A model generated the notes under the pieces. It was not told the DNA's origin. It did not search any database and saw only the letters and a program-made list of their open reading frames with translations. Shown here in pieces: positions 10,916-23,041 of a DNA stretch of 49,729 nt. Source of the stretch: Octopus sinensis (taxonomy: Eukaryota); contig NW_021834263.1 in NCBI RefSeq assembly GCF_006345805.1, positions 1 to 49,729 on the forward strand, written 5' to 3'. Made by a program: the position numbers and the translations under genes. The first letter of the stretch is position 1. Each line of letters begins with the position of its first letter.

Positions 10916-10956
10916 CCACATTCATAAGGAACAACTTCCCCGAAACCGGTCTGTGG
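10916..10956 (+). ncRNA. Decayed minimal hammerhead motif
   Basis: CCACA-[TTCATAA vs CTGATGA]-GGAA-CAAC-TTCCCC-GAAA-CCGG-TC-TGTGG: stem I 5 bp, palindromic ACCGGT and GUC triplet intact; core has 3 substitutions. Confidence 0.45.
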
Positions 10957-11070
10957 TTGCCAAGCCAGCAAAGAGAAGTTGTTCGAAGATTTATGGACGC
11001 AGGTTCGTGCGTCATATAGTTAGCTAGAAGCGATCACCTCTCGGTGTTAATCAACAGCAGCATATATATA

Positions 11071-11573
11071 CAGCGTGTCCTAAAAGTCACTGGTGGTTTT
11101 CAATTTTTAATAACTTCCTTAACTTTACAAATAAATGCATGAAATTTTGATACAATATAAAGGACATATGCACAAGTCAAATTTTGCAACACCACTACAT
11201 CACATATGAAAATTTACATCACTTAAACGGCAACCATTTTCGGCTTCGCACGCCCGTGCTCTTTCCAAAACTTGCACTATAACACCCTCAAGAGTCTCAG
11301 ACCCCACTTCTCTAATTTCTCTATTGATTTTCTCCTTCAGTTGCAGCAGGGTCTCTGGTTTGCTGACGCAGAGCCTCTCTTTCAGGTATCCATGAGTAGA
11401 CCTTTTTGTGCCTGGCCATTCAAAGACGACTTTACACATGGTTCCGCAAGAGAAACAAAGCAGTTCCTACGGCAGTGCTTTGGAGACAGAATAATCCCAC
11501 TACAGCAATGTCAACTGGCCTTTACGTTCCCCAAGATTTGACTACCCCGGGCTTTTTCCTGTGGGGATACCTG
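11071..11573 (-). mobile_element. rosa-like (DD41D-type) Tc1/mariner 3' fragment with internal inversion
   Basis: TA + TIR CAGCGTGTCCTAAAAGTCAC; minus strand GYLKERL...KPETLLQLKEKI; + strand 11420-11573 RETKQFLRQCFGDRII...RSPDLT.PDFFLWGYL (frameshifted). Confidence 0.8.
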
Positions 11574-11597
11574 TATATATAAGAATACAAGTATATA

Positions 11598-11974
11598 GGC
11601 GCAAGAGTGGCTGTGTAGTAAGTAGCTTGCTTACCAACCACTGCGTGGCACCTTGGGCAAGTGTCTTCTACTATAGCCTCGGGCCCACCAAAGACTAGTG
11701 AGTGGATTTGGTAGACGGAAACTGAAAGAAGCCTGCCGTATGTATGTATATGTATATATGTATGTGTGTGTATACATTTGTATGTCTGTGTTTGTACCCC
11801 AACATCGCTTGACAACCGATGCTGGTGTGTTTACGCCACCGTAACTTAGCGATTCGGCAAAATACACCGATAGAATAAGTACTAGGCTTACAAAGAATAT
11901 GTCCTTGGGTCGATTTGCTCGACTAAAGGCGGTGCTCCTGCATGGCCGCTGTCAAATGACTGAAACAAGTAAAA
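11598..11974 (+). mobile_element. tRNA-SINE family A, near full length
   Basis: GGCGCAAGAGTGGCTGTG head (B-box segment deleted between CCAC repeats), internal TATG/TG repeat, tail ...TGACTGAAACAAGTAAAA. Confidence 0.92.
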
Positions 11975-12815
<841 letters not shown>

Positions 12816-13615
12816 TATATACATATAAATTTGACATGGGCGATTATTTCTTGTCTTGGGATCCACGGTCAGACGGCTGGGTGGAATTGCACGAAAAATT
12901 ACACAGATGTGTAGGGTGGTATGGTGGTGATGCTGAGCTTTGTATTTTTCATAGTTCCCATGGTTACCAAAATAATCTACTGTAATAATACTCTTGTGTT
13001 TAGGACTGAGAACGGAAGGGGTGATAGATGAATACGGACAGAAGGAGTGATGTCATACCTGGTTGTGGGTTGATGAAAATTGTACGCTTAAAAAATAAAA
13101 TCAAACAACGTTTCAACTCTGTGAATATATGTATGTGTATGTAAAAGGGGGGCATGTGAATGTGTGTGTGTGCGTTGTGTGTGCGCATGTGCACGCGCAA
13201 TGGAAGTGGGATGGTTGAGCTTTGTTCGCTTAGTATTTGGGTTTATTTTTTGATTTGGTTGAATTTGGTACATGTTTTTGTTGTTGATTAGTTATTTTTA
13301 GCGTTTTGACAGTAAAATGTCATTCTAAAATTGTTTTTTAACGTAATCATGCCCAAACAAGTCGAATGCTTACACAGAGCAGGTTTTACAGCCACATCAT
13401 CCAAACCGATCGCGTGAAAGCAGGCTTAGCTGCTAGTATATATATATATATATATATATATATCTTTTAAATTCAAGATAACATTGGGTCTAAATAAATC
13501 TCCTATATCATTATACCGGCTACCGATGATACTGACTAGTGAGTTAGTTTTTCGGGGTTGCATCAATGTAGGATAAATATAATTAAATATAATAATAGCA
13601 GTAATTTTAGAAATT

Positions 13616-14026
13616 ACATGATTTTGACAGCAGAGTCGGTATCCTTGGGATTAGTACAGGATTCGTCCATATTATCCTTGGCTATTCAGTTGATCATCAT
13701 CGTTGATTTATTTCCTCAGGTGATACTGTATTACTGAATCTGCAGAATGAATAGCAAGTAAATCCAACACCACCACCCACACCTCCATCCTTATATTTCT
13801 ACTAATCCTTCCTCTACACACATCACATACCTCCCATTACTAAGTATATACAGAAATACTCCCATAGCCTGATTGGCCTTCAGACTGGCATGAAGGCATA
13901 AGCATCCAATAATGCAGTATCACCTGATGAAATGAATCAATGATGGTGATCAACTGGATAGCCAGGGATAACATGGACTATACTGTACTAATCCCAAGGA
14001 CACCAACTCTGATGTCAAAATCATGT
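13616..14026. mobile_element. Foldback MITE-like element, ~120-bp arms and ~165-bp spacer
   Basis: ACATGATTTTGACAGCAGAGTCGGTATCCTTGGGATTAGTACAG... mirrored by ...CTGTACTAATCCCAAGGACACCAACTCTGATGTCAAAATCATGT. Confidence 0.75.
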
Positions 14027-14980
14027 GATTTGTGGAAACGCGCGTAGTGATGTTTTAAATATTTATAAATTCCATCCTAGAATTATTGTTATTATTATAT
14101 TAGTGTTTATATATATATATGAATGTGTGTGTGAGTGTGTATGTGTGTGTATGTGTGTGTGTGTGCATCTGTGTGTACTTTAAATAGTAATCGTGTCTCT
14201 ATTACGCTGTAAATGTACTTTCAACAACACACAATCTGAAATCAAGCGGTTTGCTAAACAAGCGCAATTGTGAACACTGGCACAGATATTTCGATAGTAT
14301 TTAGAGAAGATAGCATCCTGTAAAATAATAATGATAGGGGTGTAAAAGCAATGATAGAAAAAAAAATGTTGGTTACGTCAGCCCGCGAAAATTCTCTTCC
14401 CCACAAAAAAAAAATGAAGAATAAGCCATTATTTGTCTCGTTTCTTCGGAATTCAAGCTAAGTGTAACTTGCCGATGCACGATGGTGAAGAGTGATATCT
14501 TTTTTTCCTTCATAGAATTTCATAACTGATAACATTGAAAATAACATTGAAGATAAGAGAAAATATTATTTTGATGTATAATGTGCATTCACAAAGAATA
14601 TTATTTGAATATTGTGATAAATTTTTCAATAAATAGCATATATATCGGACTGTTGATATATGATACTGCGCGACAATAAGTTCTCGACATGTCATAAATA
14701 ACATCTTAAGTGATTGAGAAGAGAAGACGTAGAAATAAGGAGGAAAAAAGAACTTCGTCAACATCTTTCTGTTTGTTCTTTGTCTCTTTTTTTTATATTT
14801 GTATAACTTTTGAAATCCATACATACGACATTTGAGTGAATTTAGTCGACAGAAACTGCAGGAGCCATTATGTGATCGCGTGTGTGTGTGTGTGTGTATG
14901 CACATTGTGTATATGTGTGTGCATCTATGTACATTGCGAATGTGTGTGTGTGCTTGTATGTACATTACGTATGTCTATAC

Positions 14981-15192
14981 TCTCTTTTACTCTTTTACTT
15001 GTTTCAGTCATTTGACTGCGGCCATGCTGGAGCACCGCCTTTAGTTGAGCAAATCGACCCCGGGACTTATTCTTTGTAAGCCCAGTACTTATTCTATGGG
15101 TCTCTTTTGCCGAACCGCTAAGTGACGGGGACATAAACACACCAGCATCGGTTGTAAAGCAAACATACACGCACACACACACACACACACAA

Positions 15193-15239
<47 letters not shown>

Positions 15240-15394
15240 CATACATATATACGACAAACACAGACACACAAACACACAACACACACACACACACACCACA
15301 CACACACACATATATATATATATAATATATATACATACATACATATATACGACAAACACAGACACACAAAAACACACAAACACACACACACACA

Positions 15395-15427
<33 letters not shown>

Positions 15428-15626
15428 ATATATATATATATATTTACATATATATATATATATATATGACAGGCTTCTTTCAGTTTCCGTCTACCAAATC
15501 CACTCACAAGGCATTGGTCGGCCCGGGCTATAGCAGAAGACACTTGCCCAAGATGCCACGCAGTGGGACCGAACCCAGAACCATGTGGTTGATTAGCAAG
15601 CTACTTACCACAGCCACTCCTGCGCC
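14981..15626 (-). mobile_element. tRNA-SINE family A, full length with expanded internal microsatellite
   Basis: Head GGCGCAGGAGTGGCTG at 15626, tail (GTAAAAGA)n at 14981. Confidence 0.92.
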
Positions 15627-15643
15627 TATGTGTATTTGTGTGT

Positions 15644-15698
<55 letters not shown>

Positions 15699-15699
15699 T

Positions 15700-15960
15700 T
15701 TTGCGCGTGTCCGTGCATCTTACTGCTTCTTTCGCACCTTTTGGTGTTGGTTTGTTAAGTATCCGTATCATAGCGGTTCTGCAAAAAGAAACGGCTACAT
15801 CAAATAACAAAATTTTAAAATACAATAAGTACTGCGGTCAATTTGATCAGCTAAACACACTAAGGTGGTGCCTCCAACACGGCCACAGACCGTTAAGTGA
15901 GGGGGACATAACAAACCAACACCGGTTGTTAGGTGGTAGGGGGTTAAACACAAACACACA
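15700..15960. mobile_element. Two fused SINE family A 3' fragments in opposite orientation
   Basis: + fragment ...TAGCGGTTCTGCAAAAAG...AAGGTGGTGCCTCCAACACGGCCAC joined to - fragment ACCGTTAAGTGAGGGGGACATAAC...ACACCGGTTGTT. Confidence 0.65.
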
Positions 15961-16118
15961 CACACACCATATATATATATATATATATAATAGAATAAGA
16001 AATATAAAGTCCTTGGTTCAGTATTGTATATATGAAAAAATGAATAGAAAAGGCTTTCCGAACACCTAATAATTTTTAAACATCTAATTATTAAAGTGGA
16101 AAAATTATCCGAAAAGTC

Positions 16119-16151
<33 letters not shown>

Positions 16152-16186
16152 GTGTGTGTTGTGTATGTATATGTATATATATATAT

Positions 16187-16254
<68 letters not shown>

Positions 16255-16574
16255 TACATATATGTGTGTGTGTGTGTATACTTTAGTTCAGTATTAAGGC
16301 TACCGTTGGTTTCATGTTAAGGATTGGCTTCATAAATGTTAAGGTATTTCTTAGTATGAGACCAATAGTAGCTTTAATACACAAATGAGTAATCTTTATG
16401 CACCAATGCGGTATTCAGTACTCATTCTCATTGCTCGATATTTATGTGAGTGTGTGTGTGTATATATATCCTCATTAATTTCTAATATGGATATACAATC
16501 GCATAAGATATCATGCAAGTAAATTTATGATTTGTATGTGTTTATATATTTTTATATTATATATATCATATACA

Positions 16575-16624
<50 letters not shown>

Positions 16625-16817
16625 ATATATATGAGAGCACCTATGTATGCTATGAAGTATTCTGATGCTGTGAAGTATACTGAATGATTAAGAACACTGA
16701 CTTCCGAAATTTGTTGTCCTCTCTTTCTTGGTTTTATATTCCTGGTACTCTATTAGAGCGCTAATTAGTTGTGCTGTATAAGGCGATATTTATCCAACTT
16801 TTTCTTTATTATATATA

Positions 16818-18860
16818 TTAGGGTTATGACTTTTTGATTCTTTTGGAAGGAAACAATTTCCTTCAAAAAACATCGATGAACAATTTCATATAAGTATGGA
16901 AAATAACATTTATTTTAAGTTTTTTTTAAAAAAACGTTACTCCAACTGAAGAAATCTAACACCACTTTTGACCCAAATGATGCAAAATTCTACGGGGTAG
17001 GGTTTATAATGCCTACTCAAGCTTTTACCAAACTTGTTGTGCTGACTCGATGCAATGCAGAAGCAGTATATCTCAAATTCCAGCATTCAAGTTTAAGTAG
17101 TTTAGGAGTTATAGAGTTTTTAAATTGCTACCTCTTAGGCCCTACTTTAGGAAATATCTAAACTCTGACTTTATTAACTGTTTTTGAGAATGGTAGGCTT
17201 CTCCAACTAGAATATCTAAAATAATGTCTCATAAGAGAAGTGCTTGTGCCACTCAAAGAAAGAAAAAATCTGGACGAAGAATCTTGTGCAATTTCAAGAC
17301 TCACATAGGAAAAGAAGACCTCTTCCTCTAGCAGAGCATTCTTTGGAAAACAACTTCAGGATACCAATGAAACTTCAAATTGTCAGTCGCTACCTGTTCC
17401 TTGGAGGTACCATCAAAGGAAGTAAAGAAAGAACAAAAGAAATTTCGAAAGAAGTATCATCTTATGGCAAAAGAAATTAAATTTCCCATATTTATCAATT
17501 CAAAATGTTCAAGCAAAAGTATAAAAAGTGCTGACAACCTACCATAAACGTGTAAAACGAGGAAAATACGATTCCTTGAAAGGAATTTTTGACATCACAA
17601 AGGAAAACGGTGAATGGCTGTGCAGTGAAGATATATTATCTTCAAATTGAAAGCAAGGGAAAAGTTGGGTATGGAACTGGAAAGGGCAGAGAGTTCCAAA
17701 ATTTTCCATCCATCCAAAAGAAGAAAAGTGTCCTTAATGCCAACTTCAACCAGAGCAACTCCAGTGCCATCTGAAGAAGAGACTGAATGTGAATATCAAG
17801 AGTCCGAAAAGTCAGATGAAGAAACCACACAAACAAGGAGGAAGTATAGCAAAACTGGAACTGCAACCAAGTTAGTAATATCTTCCAAGCTATCAACCGA
17901 AAAAGTAGCAACAGTTTGTCGACAATTATCTCAAGATGGAATCAATATCGAAACTCCTTCCCAATTTGGCATTTACAGATCGACTACCAAACAAGCTGTT
18001 AAACTAAAAAAGAAAATGAAGAAAACACTACATTTAGAAAACTGGTCATTTATTTTGATGGTAAACGTATTGATGACCAAGAATACCAAGTGCTAGTTTT
18101 AAAGAATGAACAGCAAGAAGTTAAATTAGAAGCACTCCAATTACCAGAGGGAAAAGCCGATACTGCTGTGAAAAGAATAACAGCTGTTTTAGATTAATAC
18201 AATTTATGGAACTGTGTAAAGATGATTGTCGCTGATGCAACGAGTGCGAACACTGGGAAAAGAAATGGCATTGTCATTCAGTTACAAAGACTGTTTCCTC
18301 AAAAGGGTTTGAAAGAACCGCAATTTATTGGTTGTCAGTATCTTATCCTTGATAGAGTTCTTCGTGTTGTAATGGATAACGATCTTGAAGAAAAAAGTCA
18401 TCTCCCAACATTGAATATACTTTCATCCCAGAGCTTCTAAATAATTACGAGAAACTCCAGGCTAATTTCAACATTGCAGAAGAAAAGATTACTGAAACAG
18501 CAGGATGGGGAGATGACATGAAATTACTGTTTCCTTTGACCAGAGTTTTTCGTTTCTTTGAAGAAACCGGCAAATTTCCTATTGTAAAGTTTTTAAAAAA
18601 TACACAAATTAAGTAATGCAAAATGGAATTCTCGAGCAATACTAGCTCTTTTGGCATTTATTCTACTACCAGAGAAATGGGTTTTGTTTCTCAAAGTTTG
18701 TCAATTCATCTCTTACAGCTGATCAGTTTTTAGGTTTACTGACCAAATGTTCAATGCACATAATTATCAGAAGTTATCAGAAGGCAAAAACAAAATTTAA
18801 TTTCCCAGATTTGTCAATTTAAAATGTTCAAGCAAAAGTAGAAAAGTGCTGAATGCCTAC
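16818..18860 (+). mobile_element. Degenerate hAT-like (hATm-type) DDE transposase relic
   Basis: Frameshifted translation: LWQKKLNFP.LSIQNVQAKV, HFDGKRIDDQEYQVLVL, IVADATSANTGKRNG, QFIGCQ..ILDRVL (CxxH position), WNSRAILALLAF; begins TAGGG. Subgroup assignment from memory of motifs. Confidence 0.65.
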
Positions 18861-20309
18861 GAACGTAGTAAATAACTTTTGGAGTCGAGAACCATAAAAA
18901 CTGGAAATAACAGGGTAGGTTGCCAACTCTGCTCCATGGAGACATATGAAATTTTAAGGCATAGAAAAAATAAAACTTTGTTAAATAAGCGTATCGAATT
19001 AGGTCTATCTTGTATTCACTCAAAAATCAAGAATCTTAAATATTTTAAATAAAAATTGTATAGAATAATCGTATAGAGCTAGGTCTATCTTGTTTTTACT
19101 AAAAAAAAGCAAAACTCTAATATATATTTTAAATAGATATCTGTGAGGTCTTCCACTGGTTTTCTTTCTTTCTAACTGTACCTGTTTTAGAACACAAAGA
19201 AACAAATAGTATTTGTACGTTGCCAAAATTTTAATTGACTATTTAGTTAATTTAATTTAATTTAATCTAATTTAATTAACCCAACTTAAATCAAATAAAT
19301 TGCTAATACTTCCTAATTCTATTCTAAGTTTAATGAGTAATGCCACTCCCTTTATAATAATATAAAGAATTTTCACTATAATTTTCACTATATTTTGAAT
19401 AAGCAATACTCTCACACCTTTTACTATAGAAATTAGTTGACCTCTAGGTATAGACCTAAAGTCTGTCTTACAATGTATAAACATTAGTTTAAATAGAAAC
19501 AATAATAAATAAATAACCTCCTGTTCTAGTGTTGCACTTAAATGTCTTAATGTATTTTCCTCTACTGATAGCCTTTGACCCCTTTGATACTTTCTTTTGT
19601 TCTCTTTATATTCTTATACCTGCCTTTAACTCTGTAGGAGTGGCAGTAAAAAGCTGTATGATGATCAAAAATAATGTTCTCTTATAAATTTATAAATCTT
19701 AGATTCCTGCAACACTGACCTAGATTTTCTGTCACCACAGAAATAAACTAAACTTTGTAGGTTGTGTACTTACACCCCCTTCCTCCCATAATTTCCTTAT
19801 TTGGGCGGTTTCTGCTTCACTGACTTCTTTTAGCCAATATAGCCAATCTCTTCTTCCAACATAGTAGTTTTGTGAAACGAATAGAAGTGTGATCAGCATC
19901 TTCTCATATATCAGGAAATTACATCTACATTATTATGGATACATTCATCTTCTCTGAGAATAAAATCTCTCCTCATATCTCCGGAAATTACACCTGCATT
20001 ATTATGGATGGATTTACCTTTTCTGTGAATCTAACAAACTTTTTTAAAAACCTTTTATAAAACTGTACATTATTAGAGAACATTTTAAGTCTGCTTACAA
20101 TCTAACTTTGCTTTTCATAGAACTCTCTTCGATACTTCATGAGTGTAGCCTCACCACCTAGGATGTTTGGAAAACTCATATGTGTTTTGGCTGATGAATA
20201 CGGGACATTTGTATTGCTGCAATATTTGCAGCTTTTAATAAATCTGTTCTTCGTATGAAACAATTGTACTGAACAACTAATCCATTCTTGTTGCTTTTTT
20301 TCTTGTATG

Positions 20310-20355
<46 letters not shown>

Positions 20356-20366
20356 TATAATATATA

Positions 20367-20402
<36 letters not shown>

Positions 20403-20929
20403 TGCATGTGTGTGTTTGTGTGTTTTTCACCATGACTTTGCGTTTCGGCGAAACAGACTGATAAAATTAATTACCAGGCTTAACATCAAGAACAATTAAA
20501 CATACAAATACAGACGGATAAATATACTTACACAATGTCACTCACACACACACACACATACACACTCGCACACGCGCACACACACAGAAACAAACACGCA
20601 CACACAAACATACAGGCCCGTAGATATACATCCTCATTAATATGTCCACACAGGATCGTATATACACATACGCACAGTACATGTTTGGTCATGTTCACAG
20701 ATACACACAGCTGTACGCAAAACACTTTCCACACAACTATACTCAGACACATACAAAGTTACACACATAAATGCACACAGGTTTCACGCATATACACATC
20801 TACTCATGCAAGCATACAAACAACTACGCACACGCACACACACATATACATACACACACAGACAACCACTTAAAGTATAAATATATTGACAGTTTCGGAT
20901 TAACAGGGACCTAGTTTATACTACTACTA

Positions 20930-20967
<38 letters not shown>

Positions 20968-21287
20968 ACTACTACTACAACTGCCACCACTCCTGCAGCT
21001 AACACTACTATCACCACCGTGACCACCACCATCATCATTCCGTTCATTGAAAGTTAGATGGAAGATAGCTAACCAGAGAAAGGATGGCAAGAGGAGGAGT
21101 GAAGAAGGAAAAGGCGGGAAAGGAGGGGGAGGAGGAGGAGGAGGAAGGGGAGGAAGAGGAGGAGAAGGAATAAAGAGAAGCTGATGTCCCACCTCTATAT
21201 GTTCCCCCTCCCTCACTTCAAATAAACTTAAAATCTCATGGTCCTGACTGCTTCTTTGGTAGTTCGTGTAAGTGTAGTTGCTGTTAC

Positions 21288-21327
<40 letters not shown>

Positions 21328-21344
21328 AGGTGGTGGTGGTTGTG

Positions 21345-21377
<33 letters not shown>

Positions 21378-21732
21378 AGTAGTAGTAGTAGTAGTAGTAG
21401 TATCTACTCTGTCAATCTAAAAGTTAAAATTGCACATGTTATATTTCTTAGTTTTCTAACACTTCGTTAGGTCCATGTTCATACCACTTATCAGTATGCT
21501 CAAATCCTAGCTTTCTACATAACTCCCAGTGGATTATTTTCCTTAGATTGTCATGTCTTTTCTTGACTTCTTTCTGTGCCAGCAAGCTACATTCACTTAA
21601 TATATGAGTAACATATTTCCATATACATAAACCTAGTTTATGTCTATCTTGAATTTTATCTAGTTAGTCCTCAATGCTTGATCTTATGCTGCTACAAACA
21701 AACTTACTGTCTCTCTTCTCAGCGTTATATAT

Positions 21733-21938
21733 AAGACGAGCTGCCAGGATCGTTAATGCGCTGGACAAAAATACTTCGCAACATTTCTTCCGACTTTACG
21801 TTCTGACTTAAATGTCGTCGGCGCTGACTTTGCTTTTCATTCGTTCGGGGGTCAACAATCCAATTACCAGTTAAGCACTGGGATCGAGGCAATCGACTTC
21901 TGCCCTCCCTCACAAATACTGTCCTTGTGCCTAAATTT
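21733..21938 (+). mobile_element. tRNA-SINE family K
   Basis: AAGACGAGCTG...TTACGTTCTGA...GACTTTGCTTTTCATTCGTTCGGGGTC...ACCAGTTAAGCACTGGG. Confidence 0.75.
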
Positions 21939-22524
21939 CGGGCTCAGAAGTTACAGCCCGAATTGTTATCTATAATCGTAAAAATTAAAAGTAATTCAAA
22001 TTCGATGTGTTTTTGAAATAATAAATTTATATAGAGATTAGGATTTAAATTCCATTCTATGAAAAGCTTCCGTTCTACAATATTCTTAAAGGAACGAAAA
22101 GTTATCCAGCAACTCAGGCTCACACGAACGAGCCTGGTAGATGTAAAAGACTAACTGGCATCTCTTGTCAAGAGTACAGGCGACAGTCAGATCACTGATG
22201 TTTGTTGTACACTCTGCTGTCGTTATTTAATTGCTGTTGTTCTGTGCGTCTGTGTGTAAAGATCAGTTGTGTTTTGCAGGGCTGTTTCTTTTTATTCTTA
22301 ACTTAGAAATAGAGAAAGACATACTAAAACTATATTTCTGTCTTATTGGTAAATTATCTGTGCACATATAAGTCTGTGGTGTGCATTACGTCTCCTACAT
22401 TCTTTTATACATGAGTTTTGAGTCTTATGCGAAATCTGCTATGAGACCGAGTGACGCTGATGATCTGGAGTCGCCTCTGATATATATATATGTCCTAGGT
22501 TCGCTCATAAATATATACATACAA

Positions 22525-22685
22525 GTGCAGACGTGATTGTATGGTAAGAAGCTTGCTTCTTGCTACATGGTTTCGGGTTCAGCCCCACAGCGTAACATTT
22601 GGACAAGAGTCTTCTACTATACTCTTGGGCCGACCAAAGCCTTGTGAGTAGGTTTGGTAGATGGAAACTGAAGGAAAGCCCGTCG
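22525..22685 (+). mobile_element. tRNA-SINE family A, 5' half
   Basis: GGTAAGAAGCTTGCTT...GGTTCAGCCCC...GGCCGACCAAAGCCTTGTGAG...GGAAACTGAAG. Confidence 0.85.
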
Positions 22686-22707
22686 TGCGCGTGCACTCGT
22701 AAATATA

Positions 22708-22918
22708 TCTCATATAAAATCCGTTCTGTGTGAGTGTGTCTTCCCGGATCTCGGGAATGCTCCATCCAATTGCGCTCAAATTTGATATGTAGATACCAAC
22801 GGTATCAGGGCGTGTATAAGTCTTGAAAAAATAACAAAAATCGATTCCAGATGAGAATGCGATCAATAAAGCCTTGGGAAATGGTTTTTCTTTGGTTGCA
22901 CAATCGGGCGTTTGCTCG
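22708..22918 (+). mobile_element. Probable non-autonomous Helitron
   Basis: Starts A|TC(TCATATAAAA), ends GCACAATCGGGCGTTTG-CTCG|T (one mismatch from CTAG|T); no TSD visible. Confidence 0.5.

Positions 22919-23041
<123 letters not shown>

Noticed and set aside
20102-20300. EWISCSV...FH...CKYC as a PHD-like finger of a pogo-type element
   Set aside because: Cys/His spacing is incomplete and no DDE region was found nearby.
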